Source: Polyangiales bacterium
GTDB lineage: Bacteria; Myxococcota_A; Polyangia; Polyangiales; Polyangiaceae
Length of the DNA: 33,672 bases
Direction: 5' to 3'
NCBI GenBank assembly: GCA_038231275.1
Contig: JBBRLQ010000050.1
Span: forward strand, 1-33,672
The position numbers and the translations under genes are program-made. How positions within the stretch are numbered: position 1 is the stretch's first letter; the number at the start of each line of letters is the position of its first letter. The notes beneath the pieces were generated by a model. The model saw only the letters and a list, made by a program, of their open reading frames with translations, did no database searches and had not been told where the DNA came from. Shown piece by piece: positions 26,705-33,672 of this stretch.

Positions 26705-28084
26705 TCACTCCTTCGGGAGGAACGGGACCTTCAGCTCGACCACATCGAGGCATGGCGCGCGGCGGTCGAGGCGCTCCGGACGGCAGAGGCGCTTCCACGG
26801 AGCCGACGGGTACGGCGGCGCTTCGATGCCTCGCACCTCTGCGGTGACGAAGACCCGCGTGGGAAGCGACGGCAGGCGATCGAGCGCCAGGCGGACGTCG
26901 CCCACCGAGCCTGCGCCGTGCGCGACCGCGGACAGATCGGTCGCCTCGAAGAAGCGCACGCTGGGTCCGCCGAAGATCGCCGCGCGTGCCGGGCTCGGGA
27001 GCTCGCGGACGGCGGCGACGAGCTGTGCACCGGGAGGCGCCACGGTCGTTCGCTCGTGAACGTCGCCGAGCGTGCGCAGGGCGCCGATGGCGAAGAGAGC
27101 AACCCCGAGCCGGCGACCGCGATCGACGCTCATCGCCGCGAGCGCGAGGGCGCCGGCGAGCGCGGCGACGAGAGGGACGACGTGACGCGGCTGTTGCCGG
27201 AGGTTCTGTCCGGCGAGCACCCAGAGGAGGTACGGCCCCAGCGCGATGGCGGCCGTGCGCGCGCCCGCCCATTCTGCGCGACGCCACTCGGTGATCCCGA
27301 CGAACGCCACAGCTGCCGCCGTGCCGCCCAAGACGAGGCCCAGCGGATCACGACCGATACCGAGCCCGTCGACGAAGACGTCCCGCGCGAGGTACATGAG
27401 CCGCTCGGCGCCGGGATCGGTCAACGCGGTGCCGCCCCAGCGTGTCGTGTGCCCCGCGAGGTGCGTCTGGAGGAGCGCGACCAGGTGCGAAGGGCCGACG
27501 ACCAACGCGAGGGGGACGGCCCACGCCAGCGACGCGAGCGCGGCGAACGCGAGCGCGCGAGGGCGTGCACGCGGCGCGAGGACCAGGAGCGCGAGGTAGA
27601 GCGGCGCCCACGACGCGCGCACGCCGAGGCCGAGCCCCACCGCGACGCCGAGCCAGTCCGCGCTCTCACGGACGAGCGCCCACGCCGCGAGGGCCGCGAA
27701 GAGGAGCGCCAGCGCTTCGGTGCCGACGCCGGACTCCGCGCGCCACACGAGCGGCACGATCGTGACGGCGAGCGCGACCGCCCACCCGCGCGCGTCGCCG
27801 AACGTCCGCGACACGGCGTCCTTCACCAGCGCCGCGACGCCGACGCCGGAGAGCACGCTCACGGCGGTCGCGGCGACGAGCGGCGAACGAAGCACCAGCG
27901 CGAGCGACTTCGCGACGGCGACCCACACCGGATACCCGGGAGGATGTGGCGCGAAGCGATCGAGATCGAAGCGCGTGACGGCGGCCACGAAGCCCAGGCC
28001 GTCCCAATCGTCGGGCCACGACGGCGCGCTGATCGTGAGCAGCACCGCGATCGCCGCGTACAGCGCGAGCGGCCCCTTCTTCAT
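26705..28084 (-). CDS. Polytopic membrane protein, GT-C glycosyltransferase-like (HPPGYP motif)
   Basis: PDDWD acidic loop after TM1, PHPPGYP, many TM helices, QPRHVVPL and a soluble C-domain; ATGA overlap with the upstream oxidoreductase. Confidence 0.65.
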   Translation of the reverse strand: MKKGPLALYAAIAVLLTISAPSWPDDWDGLGFVAAVTRFDLDRFAPHPPGYPVWVAVAKSLALVLRSPLVAATAVSVLSGVGVAALVKDAVSRTFGDARGWAVALAVTIVPLVWRAESGVGTEALALLFAALAAWALVRESADWLGVAVGLGLGVRASWAPLYLALLVLAPRARPRALAFAALASLAWAVPLALVVGPSHLVALLQTHLAGHTTRWGGTALTDPGAERLMYLARDVFVDGLGIGRDPLGLVLGGTAAAVAFVGITEWRRAEWAGARTAAIALGPYLLWVLAGQNLRQQPRHVVPLVAALAGALALAAMSVDRGRRLGVALFAIGALRTLGDVHERTTVAPPGAQLVAAVRELPSPARAAIFGGPSVRFFEATDLSAVAHGAGSVGDVRLALDRLPSLPTRVFVTAEVRGIEAPPYPSAPWKRLCRPERLDRRAPCLDVVELKVPFLPKE

Positions 28085-29484
28085 GCGGTGATCGCCGTCG
28101 ACTCGATCGGCGCGCGCGCCCGACCGATGGCGTCGAGGGCCGCGCCGTCGCGCTCGCTGCGCATCATCTGTCGCGCCGCGAGGACGCCCATCTGCATCGC
28201 GGCGTCCATGAACACGTAGCGAAAGAGCCCCTGCCGGCCTGCCGTACGGACGTTGGCGAACTCCGAGACGACGCGCAGCAGTTCCTGACGATCTCGCTCG
28301 TAGCCGAGGTGATAGACCGGATAACCGTGCGCCACGCGCACCACGAACGCGCCGGTGACGTCGTCGACCGCGAAGCCCAGCGTCCGTAGCTCGTCGCCCA
28401 TTCGGCGGCGGAGCTCGGTCACGTCGGCGCGCCAGAGATCATCGCCCACGTCGCAGGGGATTTCGAGCATCAGCGACGTGCGGCCGTCCGGGGCCATCGC
28501 GACGCTCCGCCGCTTCGGCTCCTGGATGCGCGACATGGCGAGGCCGCCGCTGGCGACGTACATCCAGGTGTTCTCCGAAAAATCGCGGCGCGCGAGCATC
28601 AGGTTGAGGAAGGTCAGCGCGCGAAAGCGGAGCGGCGGGCGCGGCGCGTCGGGGCGGAGCTCGCGGGCGAGATCGGTCAGCGGGATCGTCGAGAGGAGCT
28701 CGCCGACCGGTATTCGCATTGGCCCCGCGGCGGTGTCGGCACGCACGGCGACGACGCGCTTGCCCGCAGTCTCGAACGACAGGCTCACGACGCCCGTGAC
28801 GATCTCGCCGCCGAGCGATCGCACCTCGCGCGCCATCTCCTCGTAGAGCTGCCCCATTCCGTGACGGGGATAGCGGTAGCGTCGCGCGTACGTGCGCACC
28901 TCGCTCGTGCGGAGGCCGCCCATTCGGAGGAGCGCGTCGCCGAGGTGGAGCAGGCTGATGCGCTCGGCCGCCCAGTCGGCGGAGATGCGGCTCGGGTGAA
29001 TGCCCCAAAGCTTCTGCGTGTACGGCCCGAAGAACGCGTCGTAGAGCGGGCGGCCGAAGCGCGAGGTGACCCAGTCCTCGAACGAGACGTCGGGCCGCGG
29101 GCGGACGGCAGAGACGGCGCGCGCGCGTGCGTAGCCCGCGAGGGCGCGCGCGTTCTCGCGAACGCCGAGGCTCCGGACGAGATCGGCGGCGTCGAGCGGA
29201 TACTTGAACGTGCGCCCGTCGTGGAGCACGACGCTCTTTCGCTCTTGGGTGAGGAGATCGTCGCCCAAGAGTCGCTCGAGCCAGCGCGAGAGCTCGGCGC
29301 TCGCGGACACGAAACGGTGCCCGCCGAGATCGAAGCGAAACCCGTCCTTGGCGTGCGTTGCGCAGAGGCCCCCCACCAGGGCCTCGCGCTCGAGCACGAC
29401 GGGGCGCCATCCGCTCCGCGCGAGCTCCCACGCGGCGGCGAGCCCGCAGGGGCCCCCACCGAGGATCACGTGCGGCCCGTTCAC
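28081..29484 (-). CDS. FAD-dependent oxidoreductase (UDP-galactopyranose mutase / protoporphyrinogen oxidase-like)
   Basis: ILGGGPCGLAAA, LERE…VGGL, FDLGGHRF, YTQKLWG, YPRHGMGQ, YPVY and GRQGLFRYVFMD motifs. Confidence 0.85.
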   Translation of the reverse strand: MNGPHVILGGGPCGLAAAWELARSGWRPVVLEREALVGGLCATHAKDGFRFDLGGHRFVSASAELSRWLERLLGDDLLTQERKSVVLHDGRTFKYPLDAADLVRSLGVRENARALAGYARARAVSAVRPRPDVSFEDWVTSRFGRPLYDAFFGPYTQKLWGIHPSRISADWAAERISLLHLGDALLRMGGLRTSEVRTYARRYRYPRHGMGQLYEEMAREVRSLGGEIVTGVVSLSFETAGKRVVAVRADTAAGPMRIPVGELLSTIPLTDLARELRPDAPRPPLRFRALTFLNLMLARRDFSENTWMYVASGGLAMSRIQEPKRRSVAMAPDGRTSLMLEIPCDVGDDLWRADVTELRRRMGDELRTLGFAVDDVTGAFVVRVAHGYPVYHLGYERDRQELLRVVSEFANVRTAGRQGLFRYVFMDAAMQMGVLAARQMMRSERDGAALDAIGRARAPIESTAITA

Positions 29485-29497
29485 GCGAGGACCGACT

Positions 29498-30721
29498 TCA
29501 GCTCCAGAGGGCCCGCGCCACGCCGTCGACGAGCGCGCGCGCCGCAGCTGCCGTCGGCAACCCCGCGGTCGCGACGAGCGACGCCGGCGTCGCGGCGTCG
29601 ACCTCGTCCATCAGATCACGGATCGCCTGCGCCCTCGCCTTCGCGACGCGCGCGCGTCCGTCGTCGTCGAGCCGGCTCGAGGCCCACTCGGCGACCGCCC
29701 ACGCGAGCGCAGCGTGGCGCGTCTCGTCGTCCGCGATCTTCGCCATCTGCGCGCGGACATCCGCATCCTCCGCGTGCACTGCCTGGTACGCCGCCAGGAG
29801 CGCGCCGAAGGTCTCCCGAACGCAGCCCTCGGCGGCGTTCTCGATCGCGAGCGCCTCGAGCGAGCGTATCGCCCCACGCCGTACCTTCGCGAGCTTCGGC
29901 GTGGCGCCGAACCTTCGGGCGAGGCGCGCCGTCGCGCGGGTGTGGCGGACCTCGTCCTTCGCCGAGCGCTCGGCGAGGAGGACGAGCTCGCGTGGCGCCC
30001 TGTGCGCGACGAGCTCCGCGCGAAGCGTCCGAAACGCAGCGATCGATGCCCCTTCGAGGTGCGACAGCTGCGCGAACCACGCGCCGACCTCGGTGCCGCC
30101 GCGCCGCGCGAAGCCTTCCATCGCCTCGGGCCTCCGGCCGCCGAGGCACTTCGTGCAATCGACGACGACGTCGGTCGTGTCGATGATCTCGTTCGTCCCG
30201 CCGTCGCTCACGGTCCGACAATTGGCGGAGGGCACGAAGCACCCTGCGTTGGGGATGAAGCCGCAGGTGGAGGCGCACACGTCGAGCTTGAAGTAGCAGC
30301 CCGGACCGGCGGCTACCGGGCCCGGCATGCAGGTCTTCAGGTCGAAGAAGTAGTCGCACGCGCCGTCGTCTGCGGCGTCGAGGTAGACGGCCCCGTCGAT
30401 CCGCGGGTGACCGGCGTTGGCGTCGGGATCGTTGGGGCAATTCGAAGCCGGCCCGTCGCGGACGGAGGCGTCGTTCCCGGTCGAGCCGTCTTGGCCCGTC
30501 GACGAGTCGTCGCCGGCGTTCGAGTCAGTCGCCGATGACCCATCGCTGCCGGTGTCCGATCCGGTGGTGCCGTCGCCTTGCGAGCTCGCGTCGGGGGTCG
30601 CGCCGTTGTCCCCGCCGGACGAAGAGCTGCACGCGTAGAGGACCGCTGCTGGCGCGCCGAGAGAGAGAAGAAGGAGCGAGCGGAAAGCACGCCGGAGGCG
30701 CCTCTCTTCGTCACGGATCAT
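29498..30721 (-). CDS. Ferritin-like (diiron carboxylate) domain lipoprotein
   Basis: ATG at 30721; RRLRR…AVLYA|C signal; Ser/Gly/Asp linker; Cys-rich domain; GRRP; then LEGASIAAF…DEVRH…ENAAEGCVRET…DETRH. Confidence 0.82.
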   Translation of the reverse strand: MIRDEERRLRRAFRSLLLLSLGAPAAVLYACSSSSGGDNGATPDASSQGDGTTGSDTGSDGSSATDSNAGDDSSTGQDGSTGNDASVRDGPASNCPNDPDANAGHPRIDGAVYLDAADDGACDYFFDLKTCMPGPVAAGPGCYFKLDVCASTCGFIPNAGCFVPSANCRTVSDGGTNEIIDTTDVVVDCTKCLGGRRPEAMEGFARRGGTEVGAWFAQLSHLEGASIAAFRTLRAELVAHRAPRELVLLAERSAKDEVRHTRATARLARRFGATPKLAKVRRGAIRSLEALAIENAAEGCVRETFGALLAAYQAVHAEDADVRAQMAKIADDETRHAALAWAVAEWASSRLDDDGRARVAKARAQAIRDLMDEVDAATPASLVATAGLPTAAAARALVDGVARALWS

Positions 30722-30758
30722 TGGGAAAGAATGGCCGACGCGGGCGACCTCGTCCAGG

Positions 30759-30774
30759 GCAAGCGTCGTTCCGG
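30759..30774 (-). promoter_or_regulatory. Possible sigma54 promoter of the ferritin-like operon
   Basis: Minus strand CCGGAACG-ACGC-TTGC (GG-N10-GC with TTGC), about 38 bp upstream of ATG 30721. Confidence 0.45.
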
Positions 30775-30863
30775 CGACTTCCTGCCGGTGCCTGCTCGGA
30801 CATAGGTTGGTCCGAGACGCGCGCTTGCGTGGGCGCTGGCTCGGTGACAAAACCAGGTCAGCC

Positions 30864-31307
30864 ATGCGGTCTCCGACGCTCGTTCTCATCAGCGTTTTCG
30901 TCAGCGTTCTCACGGCATGCTCGGGCGGGGGAACGAGCAGTGGATCCACGACGGTCCAGCCCGGCGACTCCGGCGCGCAAGACGCCGCGTCGCTACCCGC
31001 TTCCTGGTCGGCCGTCTACGGCGCGTACTTCGGTCCCGGAACGCCCGGCCATTGCGGCAACGCGGGCTGCCACGCCACGACGCGCGGAGGCTTCCTCTGT
31101 GGTCCGAACAAGGACACCTGCTACCAAGGCCTGGTGAACGCGTCGCTCGTCAGCCTCAAGACGCCGGCGTCATCCGCGATCGTGGACACGTCGTCGTCTC
31201 CGCTCACCTGGTTCGGCGGGCTCATGCCGCAGGACAACCAGGGCCCGAACGCCGACGCCGCGACCGCGCTGAAGGCGTGGGTCGCGGCGGGCGCGCAGAA
31301 CGACTGA
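30864..31307 (+). CDS. Small lipoprotein, cytochrome c-like (CX4CH)
   Basis: ATG at 30864; VLTA|C lipobox; CGNAGCH…LMP…LKAWVAAGA resembles planctomycete-type monoheme domains. Confidence 0.65.
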   Translation: MRSPTLVLISVFVSVLTACSGGGTSSGSTTVQPGDSGAQDAASLPASWSAVYGAYFGPGTPGHCGNAGCHATTRGGFLCGPNKDTCYQGLVNASLVSLKTPASSAIVDTSSSPLTWFGGLMPQDNQGPNADAATALKAWVAAGAQND

Positions 31308-31322
31308 ACGATCGAACGTTCG

Positions 31323-32627
31323 TCAGTGGGCGACGACGAGCGGGTCGTACCAGGAGCCGGCGGTCCCGTGGACGGGGTTCGGGAGCATCGACACGGTGCC
31401 AGCGTCGCCGACGGCGAGCACGGAGATGAGCTCTTTGTTGCCGGACGCGACGATGAACTTGCCGCCAGGATCCATGGTCATCCCGCGCATGCCGGTCTGT
31501 CCGACCCCGAAGGTGCTCGTGATCGGTGCGCCGAGCGCGCCGGTGGTGCCGTCGAGCGGGAATGACGTCACGGTATTCGCGTTCCCGTTCGCGACGTAAA
31601 GGTAGGTCCCCGTCAGATCGACGGTCGCGCCGATCGGCGTATTTCCCACGACACCAGGCGTTCCGAGCGATGTGACGAGGCCGGTCGCGTCATAGGAGAG
31701 CTGGAAGACCGCCAGTCCGTTCGACGAGGTGACGTAAAGGACCTTCTTCGTCGGATGGTGGTAGATGCCGATCGGAGCCGACGTCGTCTGGTTGTAGTCC
31801 TGCCGTGCCGAGAGCGCGCCCGTGACCGCGTCGACCTTGAACGTCGAGACCGCTTCGCCGAACTGGTTCACGACGAACATGAAGTCGCCGGCGAGCGACA
31901 TCACCATCCCGCGCGGCCCGTTGAGTGTGGCCGCGGTGGGCGTCGTCGCGTTCGCCGTCAGTGCACCCGTCGCGCCGATGTCGTAGATGGAGACGACGGC
32001 GCCGCTGTATTGCGACACGTAGAGGTGCTTGCCCGTCGCGTCCGTGATCAGGAAGAACGGCGACCCGCCGCCTCCGAGGTTGTAGTTGGCGATGGGCGTG
32101 AGGCCGCCGGTGGACGTGGAGACCGCGAACGCGCTGACGGAGTCGTCTCCGCTGTTCGCGACATAGAGAAACGATCCGTTCGGCGTCGTCGCGCCGGCTG
32201 CGACGACTTTGCCTGCGGAGATGGAGCTCTGGAAGCCGGGGTTCACCGCGTCGATGTCGAACGGAGCGAGATTCCCGTTCGTCGGATCGACGGTGTATCC
32301 CAGGACTCCCGAAGGCGCGGGGCCGCCGTCTCCCGGGGGCAACCCCGTCCCGAGCGTGAACACGAAATGCGCCGGGCCGTTGTACCCGCCCTCGGCCGCG
32401 TCCTGTCCAGCGTCCGTCCCGCTGTCGACGTTGCCGCTCGCTCCGCTGGTTCCGCTGCTCCCGCTGGTTCCGCTGCTCCCGCTGGTTCCGCTGCTGCTGG
32501 TGTTCGAGTCGAAGCTCGCGTCCTGCCCGCCGTCGGGCGTGGGCGCGGCGTTGTCGCTGCCCCCGCAGGCGGCCATCGCGACGAGACCAGAGGCAGAAGC
32601 GAGCAAAGCGAGGGTTCGGAAGTTCAT
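31323..32627 (-). CDS. Lactonase-like 7-bladed beta-propeller lipoprotein
   Basis: ATG at 32627; VAMAA|C lipobox; repeats FLYVANSGDDSVSAF, HLYVSQY, FMFVVNQ and YLYVANGNANTVTSF. Confidence 0.85.
   Translation of the reverse strand: MNFRTLALLASASGLVAMAACGGSDNAAPTPDGGQDASFDSNTSSSGTSGSSGTSGSSGTSGASGNVDSGTDAGQDAAEGGYNGPAHFVFTLGTGLPPGDGGPAPSGVLGYTVDPTNGNLAPFDIDAVNPGFQSSISAGKVVAAGATTPNGSFLYVANSGDDSVSAFAVSTSTGGLTPIANYNLGGGGSPFFLITDATGKHLYVSQYSGAVVSIYDIGATGALTANATTPTAATLNGPRGMVMSLAGDFMFVVNQFGEAVSTFKVDAVTGALSARQDYNQTTSAPIGIYHHPTKKVLYVTSSNGLAVFQLSYDATGLVTSLGTPGVVGNTPIGATVDLTGTYLYVANGNANTVTSFPLDGTTGALGAPITSTFGVGQTGMRGMTMDPGGKFIVASGNKELISVLAVGDAGTVSMLPNPVHGTAGSWYDPLVVAH
32443..32498. repeat. 18-bp coding tandem repeat (SGTSGS linker)
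   Basis: CCGCTGGTTCCGCTGCTC repeated about 3 times, in frame. Confidence 0.8.
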
Positions 32628-32741
32628 GGCGCGTACGTTAATCCCGTATGCGCCGCCGCGCCACAAACGCGAAGCGCCGCGCCGACCCATTGGAAGGGCT
32701 GGCACGGCGCATTCGCGTCGCTCCTCTAGTTAGTAGAGCGA

Positions 32742-33672
<931 letters not shown>

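Noticed and set aside
28081..29484. Assigning the symbol hemY/hemG or glf
   Set aside because: The motifs fit the wider family; the specific activity cannot be determined from the sequence alone.
32700..32717. TGGCACGGCGCATTCGC as a sigma54 promoter
   Set aside because: The -12 element is mis-spaced and it points antisense into the rpoC 3' end.

Overview
High-GC (my visual impression) myxobacterial DNA. The EF-Tu, S12 and EF-G sequence features, the MYXO-CTERM tail and the Asp-Ala-Gly linkers suggest Polyangiaceae/Labilitrichaceae-like; this assignment is an inference. Minus-strand housekeeping genes bracket the window: the 3' end of rpoC on the right and rpsL-rpsG-fusA-tuf(5') on the left. 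Between them lie about 29 kb of mostly envelope genes. (i) A TraA-like Cys-rich MYXO-CTERM protein and a TraB-like barrel/TSP3/OmpA protein, coupled to a TrmH/SpoU methyltransferase. (ii) A ~4 kb mosaic formed by a tandem duplication (offset 1622 bp). It holds a chimeric trmH pseudogene, three orphan lipoprotein genes and three copies of a covarying structured repeat, two of which flank one lipoprotein gene like a cassette. (iii) An Npt/TLC-like MFS-HEAT protein, a STAS/SEC14-like protein, a frameshifted DPP III-like lipoprotein and a Ser/Thr kinase. (iv) A translationally coupled operon of a beta-propeller/hexaheme lipoprotein, a diheme lipoprotein and a large unknown lipoprotein, followed by bacterioferritin and then bfd behind a near-consensus Fur box. 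(v) A converging operon of an exported ferritin-like diiron lipoprotein, an FAD oxidoreductase and a GT-C-like membrane protein, plus a CX4CH cytochrome-like lipoprotein and a lactonase-like propeller. I recognised no tRNA, rRNA, CRISPR, integrase or transposase. The best candidates for an undescribed system are the heme-lipoprotein/Bfr operon and the repeat-flanked lipoprotein cassettes next to traAB.
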